From the human T2T-CHM13v2.0 reference genome, Homo sapiens, in NCBI RefSeq assembly GCF_009914755.1, contig NC_060930.1: 64,000 nt of DNA. One strand, 5' to 3'. The translations under genes and the position numbers were made by a program. The notes under the pieces were generated by a model. That model saw only the letters and a list, made by a program, of their open reading frames with translations, had not been told where the DNA came from and did no database searches. Each line of letters opens with the position of its first letter. Position 1 is the stretch's first letter. Shown here in pieces: positions 15,476 through 28,300 of this stretch.

Positions 15476-15512
<37 letters not shown>
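15476..15512. repeat. (CA)n microsatellite
   Basis: Direct reading. Confidence 0.95.
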
Positions 15513-15515
<3 letters not shown>

Positions 15516-15819
15516 ATATCATGTATTTTCTTAAGGAAAATAAAGAAAAAATGAAGTAAGATTTGCATAATGAAAAACATTAAAATGAATTTCAATCATC
15601 TTTTTGTAAGTATGCATATGCTGAAACTACTGTGTTGTTTATAAGCTAGATATTAAATTAACTTTCAATGCTATTTCTCTGCTGTAAAATTGACCATTTA
15701 ACATGGAAAAATTATTCTTGCTGGCAGGGAGCAGACTAATGACTTCGTAGACCTATTTTTGGCAACATGTTGATCCCTGACACCAAAATAATAAACTCTG
15801 ATGCTCATTTCTTTCTCAG

Positions 15820-15947
15820 AACTGTAAGGATCACACAGGTGGCCCATATTGTGATAAATGTCTTCCTGGTTTCTATGGCGAGCCTACTAAAGGAACCTCT
15901 GAAGACTGTCAACCCTGTGCCTGTCCACTCAATATCCCATCCAATAA
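15820..15947 (+). CDS. LAMA2: LAMA2 exon 17 (128 nt): NCKDHTGGPYCDKCLPGFYGEPTKGTSEDCQPCACPLNIPSN(N)
   Basis: tttctttctcag|AAC ... AATAA|gtaagt; LE pattern. Confidence 0.96.
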
Positions 15948-16650
15948 GTAAGTAACAAACTTACCCCATGAATAAGCTCAGCATCCATTTCTGCAAGTAC
16001 ACTTTTCATAGCAAATATACACTTCCTTTTATCCCATGTAAATAAATAATAAACACAGACATGAATTTTTTCAGGAAAATTATATGAATTTTTTCAAACC
16101 TAAGATATTTAAAACTATGAGGATTTCTAAGAATTTGTAATTTTTTTAGCTCTAGTTTTGGTGATTTAATTTCTAAGAGTAGAACTCAAATAGAATTTCT
16201 ACACCAATTCCAAAGAACATAAATATTTTATACAAACACATACATGTGCATGCATGTACACACCTACACACAGACACATACCCATCTTCATACCTTAATA
16301 AAAGGATATAAATACAGCTAATTTGGGTTCTACCCATACACTATTTTTTTGTGAATCTTGGGCAAGTCGTAAACCTCTCAAAAAGTAAAATGAAGGGACT
16401 GATTTAACTGACTTTTAAGTACCCATTCTATCCCTTCTTTTTAGAAAAATTCGTTGTTCACCTAGAACAACCACCTCTTAGAGCAGATTTAAAAAAACAA
16501 ACAACAACAAGAAAGAACACTTGACTTCCTCATTTCCTTACCTTTTAGAGGAATGCTATATCCAGCTGCTTGAATTCACATTCCCTCAGGGCAGCCTCTC
16601 TCAGTAAACAGCTAAGCACACCCCAACCAAAAATGTTGTTTTGTTTTTAA

Positions 16651-16842
<192 letters not shown>

Positions 16843-17299
16843 TAACTATACTTTTAAATAAAAGGAAATTCTTTTCTGAAGAACTCTCTTAAAGGTGAGC
16901 TTAGTGCTTAATAAGGTTCATATCGTATTGTACACTTTCCAGCTATCTCTAGGCACTGTGACAACACTGACAGAGCAAAAATTTTCAATGATCTTTAAGG
17001 GAAATCTGTCAGCTATAGTCTTTTAATGTGTAGATGTGATCAAGTAGGTCATACTTCAAACTCTTACCCAGAATGCGCCTAATTAAAATGGTCTTTTGTT
17101 AGATTCAATGAATACTATAAGCTAAAGACTTTGAGATAATTCTAACATTAAGTTTAAATGTTCTCCTTGAAACTGTGCTTCCTACTGTTAATCCACATGA
17201 AATGCTTATCCTCCCAATGACCTTCTTTACTCAGAATTTTTTACCTTACTCATTGTTTGGAAAAGAAGAGAAAGCACTACTATTTAATAAAAGCAGACT

Positions 17300-17650
17300 A
17301 CTATATTCTAGGCCAAACACTGTATTTGGTATTATTTCACCTTCAACTATAACTCAGTAAGGTAGATATTATTATCCTCATTGTATAGATTAAGAAATGA
17401 AGGCCATTAGTAGAAAAATGGCATTATGATGCCAATTCTGGAGCCAGACTCTTTGGTTTAAATGCTGGGTTCCATACTTTCCAGCTGTGCCACTTTAGGC
17501 AAGTCACTGAAACTCTCTGTGCCTCAATTTTGTCATCATTAGTTATAATAGGACTCTCATAGGGTTGATGTGGGAAAGACATAATTAAAATGTGTAAACC
17601 ACCTAAACTGTGACTGGATATGATGAACCCAATCTAAGAGCTGATTGTTA
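17300..17650. mobile_element. MIR fragments
   Basis: attattatcctcattgtatagattaagaaatgaagg; tttaggcaagtcactgaaactctctgtgcctcaattt. Confidence 0.6.
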
Positions 17651-17867
17651 TTAACCTGCTCAGAGTCATAAAGTATTAAAGTATCAGAGTTGGAATTTTA
17701 GTTTTAAAATCCATGTGCTTTCCAAATCTCTACGGTCTACAATGAAGACTTCTTTAAAAAAAAATACACACTGCATTTTAAGTGATAACACTAAAAGCAG
17801 TAATTAATTCATTGGATAAGTCAATTTATCTAGCAAGGTTTTGAGAAAATAAGACATTGGTTTAATG

Positions 17868-18172
17868 CAGGGGTCCTCAACCATCTATAGCCTGTTAGGA
17901 ACCGGGCTGCCTAGCAGGAAGTGCGTGGTTGGCATTACCACCTGAGCTCAGCCTCCTAACAGATCAGGCAGGCATTAGATTCTCATAGAAGCTCAAACCC
18001 TATTGCGAACTGCACCTGCGAGGGATCTAGCTTGTATGCTCCTTATGAGAGTCTAACTGATGCCTGATGATCTGACGTGGAACAGTTTTATCCCAAACTC
18101 CTCCCCTGCGTCTGTGGAAAAATTGTCTCCAACAAAACAAGTACCTGGTGCCAAAAATTTTGGGGACCACTG
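17868..18172 (+). mobile_element. MER1-family (MER1B-like) hAT-Charlie non-autonomous DNA transposon
   Basis: TIRs CAGGGGTCCTCAA / TTGGGGACCACTG; internal cattagattctcata and gcgagggatctag; TSD gtttaatg / gttaatg. Confidence 0.85.
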
Positions 18173-21100
18173 GTTAATGTATGTTAGTGATCAGAACATT
18201 TCCAGGGCCTAAGGCATGAGCCTGAATGGGCTCAAAACTGAAGATTCTTTAACAACCAAGGATGTTAGAGAAGAGGAAGAAGGCAAGAGAGAAACCTGTT
18301 GGAAAATAATTACTATAGGAGAACAAATGAAATATATTCCTTCATAATTAAAGGCTACTCAAGCCTATGATAGTCATAACATGACACAAAACCTGCACTT
18401 TGGTATATATGCGAAGGGTTAGATCACCCAATGGAAGACCTACTTGTTTGCCATGGCTGAATGGCATTCTCTTAACCATCTTCATTTACATGAAACTCAT
18501 TGTTCACGACTAACTTGCATTTGAGGAAAGCAGAAGTATTGCATCTGGCCACTCGTATTGCATCTCCTTCTCAGCCAAGATGTCATGAGCATTAGCACCA
18601 CTATCAATCCAGCAGAGCTGGCTGCCCATTGCATCATGTGAATTCCAGCTGAATACATATTAGAATTATATAATTGATTGAGTATGCAAACCCGATGGAT
18701 TTACCCTCAAGTCTGACCAACATTACTATAAATGCAGAGGAAACATTAGGGAGATAATTTTGCTTGGATAATTATAGGCATTCATGACCCATTGTTGTCT
18801 CTTTATTTATTGTGCATTTACTTGGATAATGGGTTCTAATTGTTGTTCCTGAAAAAGAAAGAAAGTCTGCAAGCATTAAAACACAATCCATCAGTGCCAA
18901 AGGGATTGGGTTTCCAGTGTCCAATAATATTATTTCCTAAAAGATGTATATTCTAATTTGGTATAATTATGTTGATCCTGATTTTTAAAAATGCATATAA
19001 CACAGTGATAACAATACCAGTAACACCAAGTATTTAATGATTCTTTCATTTTCAAAATGTTTTCACTTAGAGTAAGCAATTAATAATTATTAGTAAATAT
19101 TAATAATTACCAAATTATCAAATATTAATATAAAATATTAAAATTAGCAAATTACTAAATAATAATTTTACTTCTAGCAGTAGAATTGGGACTAGAATAG
19201 CAATTTATTTTAAATTCCAGCTTTCAATGTGGTATTTTAACAAGTAGAAAGAGAGGGCAGTGATAATTCACTTAGTTTATAAATCCTAGAAGTTTTGTGA
19301 GAGGGTTATAATGTCTTTTACATTTAAAACAATTTTACATTTAAAACAACTAGAAAATTATCATGGTTTAGTTGCACAACTGTGATGAGAAAAATCCATT
19401 TTCATCTAACAACCTGAAATGTTTAAAAAAAAAATCACTAAACAAGACACTTAATGACCTAGGGAAACTATCCTTTTTAAAAATATTTTATAAAAAACAT
19501 TACTGTTATAATGTGAGCTAGAAACTCTGAGATATGAATTGAATCTTTGCATACAATCCTGAAGACGAGATTTTAATTTCCACAGGTTATTCAGAGAAAA
19601 AAAAAAAGGGAGCTAAAGGTTGACGCAACCTTCATGGGAAGTCTAAAGCTTAGTGATAGTTTTACCTTGGTGATTTATCTATTTAATCCCTGGTCATAAA
19701 TCTTATAGATCACAAGCATTTTGGCTCCAAATTTCTTAGATAATATTGCTAAATAAATCAAATATGTAAGAAGATAGAGATAGATTGGTATAATTATTAT
19801 GATGTATGAATACAGAGAAGCATATAATATTTAAATTATACATATATATCAACTTCATCAACTATTTATGGTGATCACTATGCTTGGCCTTCTCATCTTG
19901 TTGATGTATATATTCTAGCTATAGGTTGTAACTAGGCAGTAAAAGTTATCTGGAGAGAAGCAAATAACAATGTAACTATTTCGAATGTTTATATTCTTTA
20001 ATTTCTGGCATCACATAGCTTATAGGTTAAATAAAATATGAAAGAGACATGTGAATCTCAGCCTTTGAATACTTAGGATGTGTTTGAATATATAATATTA
20101 TTGAAGTTGTTATAGATTTTCATCAGTTATATAATAAAATATATTATTGGCACAAGGCTGGACAGAGATAGGACCTCAATAAGTTCTATCTACTAATATC
20201 ACTGTAAATACTACTGGTTTGTGTGGGTCAGGAATGCTGAAATTTAAGTTTTTGAAAGAATGAAACTCAAATTTGAGTTGACCTTTGGGCTCACTCAAGA
20301 GATCATATTGAATGCACGTTGTTAAAATTAATATAGAGAAATGTATTCCAAGACAATAGGTAAATTTAAGGAAACATTCAATTCAGCCATATTCTCTAGA
20401 AAATTGAGAATGCTCTAGATGTTTTAGTGCTCTTTCCTACACATTGTTTTATGTGCACATGGGAGATTATGATGGGTCTTCCTGGTTCCATATGCCAAAG
20501 GAAAAAACTAAAGTTCAGAGAAATTAAGTGCCTTGATAGTGATTATACAGCTTGCTTGTGGCAGAACCAATATTGGAACTCATATATTTTGACTCACCTC
20601 TCTGTGCTTCTTCCAATGGGGCTACAGTAATAGAAACAATTACAGAAACATTGAAAAGAAGCAAAAAAAAATCAATAGAATTTAATGTCAGACAAACTGT
20701 AAATGTTCACTGTAAAAATCAGTAAATCTTCACTGTTTGGCAAGAGTTATGTTAATTATGCTACATAGTTACAGTTATATTAACAGCTATGTTAATATAA
20801 GGGACTAGAGCAGGATGAGAAAACTGCAGATTTAATTCTTTAACTATTAACTAAATACCTTTCACGTTAAATCAACATATCTTAATTTGTTTAAAAATTT
20901 GTAAAAAAAAAAAAAAGGCAAAGTTTTTTAAAAAATTAATAAGTCGTATCTATAATTTATTATGGCAATATGCTTTCATACTTTTTCAGTATAAAAGGGT
21001 TTATCAAATCAATCATATTATTCCATTTTGCAGAATGGGAAACAGGTTTAGAGAAATATATCGTTCAAAGACATACTTAGAAAATAAATCAAGTCTAATT

Positions 21101-23096
21101 AAGAAATGCAATTGTGGAGATTAAATCAGATTTCATAGTACTTAAAGGTAATTAAAGAAATAAGTGTTTGCTTAATGATTCTCCTGAGAATAAGTAGGAG
21201 AGATCATTGAACTGAAGAAGAAAATACTTAGAAACTTCAGAAATTTATGACGCTAACACCAAAATCATGAAGTAAATGAATTTTTTCTTTTTCTCCTCTT
21301 CCTCTCAGTCCCTGCCCCTTTTCAGTTATGTGTGAATATTCTCATTACCCTCATCTCCAGCTTCTCCACTGACATTGTGTAGCCACTCAAAATGGTTTCT
21401 CTTATCCTACCCAACTGTTCAAGATAATAATTAGTTGAAAGGAGTCCTGATCCCCTGTTGTGTATGCAAATACAGAACATGCCCTGATTTTCTAACCCTA
21501 ATGATGGAAGTTTTAATTTTATACCCATGATTAAAGGAGTGCTTGTTTTATATCACATACAATCCCAAGAAGCAATTCATTATATTTTATTTCAAATGCA
21601 TGACAGTTAAAGACACACAAAATATTCTCACACATTGACTTAATATGTGTTTAATTTTATTTTAGAGTATTGGATTAACTCTCTGTGGGAGCATTTAACG
21701 TTAGAACTGAATTTCAGGACCCACAGAAGGACCCACAGAAGAAGTTTCCCTAATGTCTGATAATCAGGAATTGTTGAGCTTCTATTGAGCAATTGTTTTG
21801 CTTTTGGCTTCTGGCTGCTCTGAATCATTTACCTGTTGATTGTTCCCTTTTGCATTAGCTGTGAAAAACCTCAAAGCCAAATGTTGATCCACCCTTATCA
21901 AATGAACATATGTTATAACATGCATTTTGAATTCTAAATACACCCTTAAGTTTATCTTTTTTTTAGTATTTTTTTCTCTTTAACCTTGCTTTATTCTTAA
22001 TGCACATATTTTGACAGATAGAATTAAATTCTTTTTAGAACAAGGTTAATTGTTTCTCTATGTATGCATTCACATACATAAACATATATAGATTGTTGAC
22101 ATAGTCACATGTATACACATGTATGTACACATATATATGCATACATATATACATGCTTATAAGTAGATTATAAAAATAAAAGTATATATTCAGCCATTAA
22201 GAGGGATTATTTTCATGTCCAGCTTTTTATTGGTTATCCCAATAACAGCTTCCCCTCCTCCCCTATTTGTGGAAAATGCCCGCTGCTCTTGGCTTTCTTG
22301 TGTTTCCTGTGGCGTGGTTTGGATAATCCGGGATGAAGAACATTTTCTGCTGGTGTGGAGCTAGCCAAATAGAGTTAAATGACATAATCTTGGAATCACT
22401 TGAGGTCAATGATGATCTCACAATTTCCTCTTTGTGTCACGGAACAATTAGCTTCATGTCTTGGCCAAAATTAGTGCTAAGTGACTGCATTTGCCAAGGC
22501 AAATTCTGTAGATGTTTTTTATTGTGCATGTTTATTTCTCACTCTAATTTTATTTTTGTTGTTGAATGCCATCTTCTGCCATAGCTGTAACTGCAATTAC
22601 AGCAATAAGAGAGTGAATCTTCAGTTTATGTTGTTGAAAGAATATCAAAGCACAAATACAGATATATTTTATGAGAAAGTTTTATTTGGATGCGTTATGT
22701 TGAGTATCTATATTACTAGAAACTTAAACTTACTTAATTCTTACCAGTAGGTTTCAATGACAATTGGTTATAGGAAGAAGAGAATATCACATTAAGAATC
22801 TAAAGTCCTAGATCCCATACTAAATTCTCCTGGAAATTTTGTATATGACCTTGGTTAAGAAAAACTGTGCCTGCCCTAACCAGCTCATAGGATTTTGTGA
22901 AAATGTGATAAAATTGTAAAAGTATTCTGAACTGTAAGGAGCTAGTCAAATTTAACATATTTTTATTGCCTAATTTTTTTCTCGAAAAAGTGTTGATTTT
23001 TGTCAGTGAGCACCTTTTACTTATGTTGGTTTTAACTGACATGTGAGTGTATTTAAGAATCTGAAATCTATTTTATGAATAGCTTTAAAGTGTCAA

Positions 23097-23397
23097 GGCC
23101 AGGTGCAATGGCTCATGCCTGTAATCCTAGCACTTTGGGAGGCCAAGGCAGGTGGATCACTTGAGGTCAGGAGTTCAAGACCAGCCTGGCCAATATGGTG
23201 AGACCCCATTTCTACTAAAAATACAAAAATGGGCCAGGCCTGGTAGCACCTGCCTGCAATCCCAGCTACTCAGGAGGCTGAGACACTAGAATCGCTTGAA
23301 CCCAGTAGGCAGGGGTTTCAGTGAGCCAAGATTGCACCACTGCACTCCAGTCTGGGCAACAGAGCAAGACTCTGTCTCAAATAAAATAAAATAAAAT
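23097..23397 (+). mobile_element. Alu (AluS-like), sense
   Basis: ggccaggtgcaatggctcatgcctgtaatcc...gactctgtctcaaataaaataaa. Confidence 0.94.
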
Positions 23398-25237
23398 ATT
23401 TTTAAAAATGTCAGAAGCCTTGTCAACCACCATTGACAAGAGTTATGATAAACTGATTTAGGATTATAAAAAACAATTGGTATGGTTTTCTTTCAATCAG
23501 TGTAGTCCCACAGAGGTGGGAAACCCAGTGCTTCTGGTTGGAGTCAGTTTCTCAGTAGATGATGAGATAGTTACAGAATGCCAATTTTCAAAGAAGACAT
23601 ATATATGCTACAGAGATGCAGTTCTCACTTTTATGTCTGAAAACAGTAACAGCAAATCACCGGATGTGGATGAGAGGAAATCCTTTTTTTTTATTTTATT
23701 TTAACCTGTGCATCTTCAGTGCAATCACAATCCCGTCAAGAAAATCACCCATAGTGAACTGTCTTTGGGTCATGCGTAGCAAAGTACAGGATGCTTTATA
23801 AAAGGAGATTCTTTACTCGCAGTGCACACGCTGGGTATGTCTTGTCTGCTGTTCATCACAGCTACCAGAACTCCTTAATGTGGAATCTTTGATCCAGATA
23901 ATATTTATAAATTCAAAGCATCCCAGACCAGCCTTTATCTCCTTGACCCAGCAGATTCATTTAGACTTTCCACTGAGTTGAAATGTTTAAAATGATAGAC
24001 TTACCTGGTCCTAATATCTTGCTAGTATCCCAAAAATAGGAAGAACTATTAAATCTTTACAGAACTACCCTGAGTTAAGCCAGAGAAATACTATTCAGAA
24101 ATAGTGTTCATGATCTGATCTGCACCAAAGTTAAGAAAGTATTTCAAAGTAATTCAAGTGTCAGGAGCAGGATCAAATCAGGACTTGGAATGTTTAATTT
24201 GTTGTTATGTCTTTAATTCATTTAGCCGTCAAGCAAGTCTCTATTGAATTGCCCTGTCATATATAATAGAAAACAAATCTACTTAGGGAAAACATAATAA
24301 GAGAAAGATTAATTGAGGGCATTTCCCTTTAAAACGGTAGCGCAACAGACCTTACAGAATTCAAAATGGTTGATGGCCCTTCAGAGAGCCAGTCGAGAAC
24401 GCATTACCGTGTGTCAATCTTGGGGTAGGGGTTCATGTATGAGAGGTGCCTCTCACAAGGCAAAGAAGCATGGCTGGAGTGAAACATGTTGCTGAAAGCT
24501 AAAGCTAGCACCTGAGTTCTCTGTTGGTTCTTCATCTGGTGTTCAGCTCTATTGTTTCAGACCCAAATTAGAAATATGTGCAAAGAGAGAAGTGAATTTT
24601 GAAACATGCCAGAGGGTATGAGATGGCAAGGTTGCTTTTGTTTGGTTAGGTTTATGATAAGTTTAGGTAGAATATGCACACTTGATCTCTTCTGAAAGCT
24701 TTCCTGAGGATTCCATCAGTGTGAGGGCATACCTGCAAGGAAGCACATGCCGCAGCCTGCACACAGGCACGCCCCACTATGGCAGTAGCTGAAGAAGGAA
24801 GCACTGCCACCACCACTACCACATACTGAGATTTCCAAAATCACTAACAAATTTCTCCAGGCTGCTTCAAATTCAGAGGGATTTGGCTACAGAAGAAAGT
24901 ATGTGAGGCTGCATATGTGCCAGGCCTGGAGGAATTTCTAAAAAGCAGCTATACATTTCCACTTGTTACTGATGATCACTACTCAGAGCAGTCAAAAGTC
25001 AGTTAATAACATGTCACAGGGATACTGCTCTCCACTGGGCTATATTCACGTCTGCAGAAATAGCAATGTCATTTCATCCTCCATTGGCCAGACCCTAATC
25101 TCTGTCTCTGGGGTGAGAATGACCAGCCTGTACTCTTTTGTCAGAGCAGTAGTGGAGAGAGAGAAATGAGAAAATGCTAATGACTTTGTGTATGTCCTTC
25201 TTCCTTGTCCCTGTTTTCCGCAACAACATCAACATAG

Positions 25238-25324
25238 CTTTAGCCCAACGTGCCATTTAGACCGGAGTCTTGGATTGATCTGTGATGGATGCCCTGTCGG
25301 GTACACAGGACCACGCTGTGAGAG
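25238..25324 (+). CDS. LAMA2: LAMA2 exon 18 (87 nt): FSPTCHLDRSLGLICDGCPVGYTGPRCE(R)
   Basis: aacatag|CTT ... GAGAG|gtaaga; phase 2/2 continues the frame. Confidence 0.95.
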
Positions 25325-28300
25325 GTAAGAGTATACTACACTGTCTTGCAAAATGATTTCTACCTTGGGAGTTATAAAACCGCAGATACAATCATCCTTT
25401 GCATCATCCTTTGGAGAAAAAAGGCCACACTCAATGAGGTGAAATAAAGTTTCTCAACGCACTTGTCAAACAAATGCATTATATTTTTGTAATTTATTTA
25501 TTTTTCAGAAATTGCTTCATAAATCTTCATTCACTCAGAGAATATCTGATTAATGTTTTAATCTTAAAGGTTAAGTATTAACCTACAATCTTTGTAGAAA
25601 GCATTGCTCAAGTGGAAAGTCATGCACTTTAAGATTTATCTTACTGTCTGTGTAGGCACCATTTATTTTTCATAATTAGCTTTTTGTCCTTAAAATGTAG
25701 CTTAAATGCATAGTTCATAGTTCAGCAAGTGGTTCATAATTTACTTTAAATATACTTGAAAATAGAAACAAAATGTAATTTATTATCATGATTTATATCC
25801 TCTTCTAATTGCTCCTAAACCAGTATTTTAATTCCTGTTGATTTTACTGGGTTGCTTTGCAGCAGAAACAAGAGTATTATTTTATGTAATTTGTGTGATT
25901 ATATTTCCTTCTGAAATGTTTTTGAAGAAATAATTCTTCTATATATTCAGCCTCAGCATAAAAGTGATACAAACTTCCCCCTTGACATCATTGCCAAAAA
26001 CAAAAACCTCCCTCTGGTTTCAGCACTGGAAATAGTCCCTGCTGCCACCCTTCCTGGGAGGGAGGGGTGCAAAGGAAGTGACCTACTTTCACTCATCATC
26101 ACTGAGGCTAACCCTGAAGAGGGCTGTTTCTGCCCGTCTTTTCCTGTCATCTTGGCAGCTATCACCCCTGTTTCAACCAGGATGCATAAAATTAATGAAG
26201 CAGGAGCCTATCACCCAGAGAGAATTTAGCTAGCAACTAGCAGTCTGTGGACAAAGTGCCAATGACAGTTCCTAGCAGCAACAAGTACTATTTGTGAGTA
26301 TGGAAGCATCTGTAAATTAGGAATGAAAGAAAAAAAAATGAAACAAGCAGCATTTATTTGCAATCAAGAAACTAGATATCTTTAATTGTGTGTGTGTGTC
26401 TGTGTGTGTGTTTAAAGAAAGGCATGTGCATATTACTTACTATAATAGGAGAACATATCATTGCCAAGACAGATTTACATCAAGTGCCTAAACCCCCCAG
26501 TTCACTACAGGCAACCTTTTTTTAGCAACTGGAAAATGACAGCTGCTCTGTCATACAAGGCTATTAAATCCACTTATCTAGGTGAGCATAATCTCTGATG
26601 TACTTATATTGCTTTGCTTTATGTACTATACTCCCTATACATGTTAGACAATAGTTTCTGAACCATCTATAATTTAAAACCCTACATTTTATTTAACAAA
26701 CATCTGTTTAGCAACTACCATGTGCTGGGTACAAGGCTAGACATTGGATATAAATAGATGCATTTTCCCATCCTTGCCCTCAGCACCTCACATCTTTCTT
26801 TAATGCAAGTGAGGATGGTTGCTTGTATTCTTGGGAGAATTCCATTTGAATAGTAAAAATCACCAAGGAGAGAAATACCTGACAGAAAGTATGATTTCCT
26901 GTCTAAAATCTGTATTAATCTGATTCAGAAGATGGCAACATGCATATGCAGTGTAATGAATGGCATATTTTATCTCCAGCTCAAGTTTTTCCACAGTTGA
27001 TACCATATTTTTCTAGCCAGAATTTAGATTAGGGTTTTCCAGGAATATTTAAGATTTATAATTTCATTGTATTTATGTAAGCCAAAAGAACACCTTAGAT
27101 AGATCTAAAATATGAGGGAAACATTTTTTGTTTGAGATGTGCCTGTTGAAGTAGAAGAGAGGGAAGATAAGGGTCAGGGTAAGGAGGAGATACTGGTTGC
27201 ATTAAAAATCTTGTAATCAAAACCATTCTGTAAGTGATTTGTGTGATCAGCTTATGCACATCATCTAAATAAGACCAGAATTTAAAAACTAAATCAACAT
27301 TTCCCAAATTGTAGATGTTCCTGGAATAAAGAATTCTGTGATCACATGAGTTTGGGAAGCATCCATTTGCATGTTAAAAGTTCTGGCATGTCCTACAGTG
27401 TGTAATTAAGAAATCTGTTCAATTTGTTTAGCTCAGCATTTCCTAAACTTATGTGGCCATAAACCCTCTGCTTTAACTATATAGCAAGAATATATCTCAG
27501 ACTACAGCTCAGGTGGGACAAGAGTTATAACTTTATAGTCTTTATCACAATTTAATTTCTATTTTGAGACCCCTTTCTCTATATGTGGGAACTGTGAGGT
27601 CTTAGAAACATAATCTGAGCCCATTTCAAGTTGTTTTCTTCTCCTCTCTCCCAGCTTGAATCAAAGTTCTATTAAGCTTACCTAGTACCAAAGGCCTTAT
27701 ATGCAAGGGTAGAGGGGAGGGTATAATGTCTGTGTGTATATGTTGAGCAAGGGGACATGTGATAGGGCCAGCCAGTACTGAGTATTTCACCCAAGCATGT
27801 TTCTGCTGACCTATCCCTTTTTCTCCGTCCTCCTAATTACCTTTCCTTTCAGGTCTAGAAAGTCTCTCAACTACTTTCATTCCATTCTTAGAGGCACAGG
27901 AATCATTCAGCTTCTTTCATTCCATGCTAAGACCCACCAACATCTCTACCATCATCATTTTTCCATCTGCCTTTCCAAATCCATCCCATTTTCTATTTGA
28001 AAAAGGATGAGCTACATTTGTGGAACTGGTGGCTTTCAGAGCTCGGGGTCTGGCAGATTCCTATGTCTCTGCCTTTTGCCCTGTCAAATCCCTTCATTCA
28101 AACATGTAGCACAAGATGGCCTTGCTTCTTGAATCGAGGGGGTGAAGAGAAACAGTGAACAGGGGAATGGCCAAACAAGATACAACAAAACATGGATTGG
28201 TATTCTGTCACAAGTTGAACACTAGTTACAGCTTGGAAAACATTCACTTAGGGCCAAAACACCACTATTTTTGAGGTATCACTGCTTTGCTGGGGAATGA

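Noticed and set aside
22333-22584. Cys-rich ORF (CWCG...DCICQGKFCRC) as another hidden LE exon
   Set aside because: Cys spacing does not fit LE/EGF, there is no G-x-x-G-x-x-C motif and no convincing splice-site pair; TG-rich DNA yields Cys by chance
24300-24830. Mildly GC/CpG-elevated patches in intron 17 as possible exons or a promoter
   Set aside because: No laminin-like peptide, no clear splice-site pair and too few CpGs; cannot be supported without conservation or chromatin data
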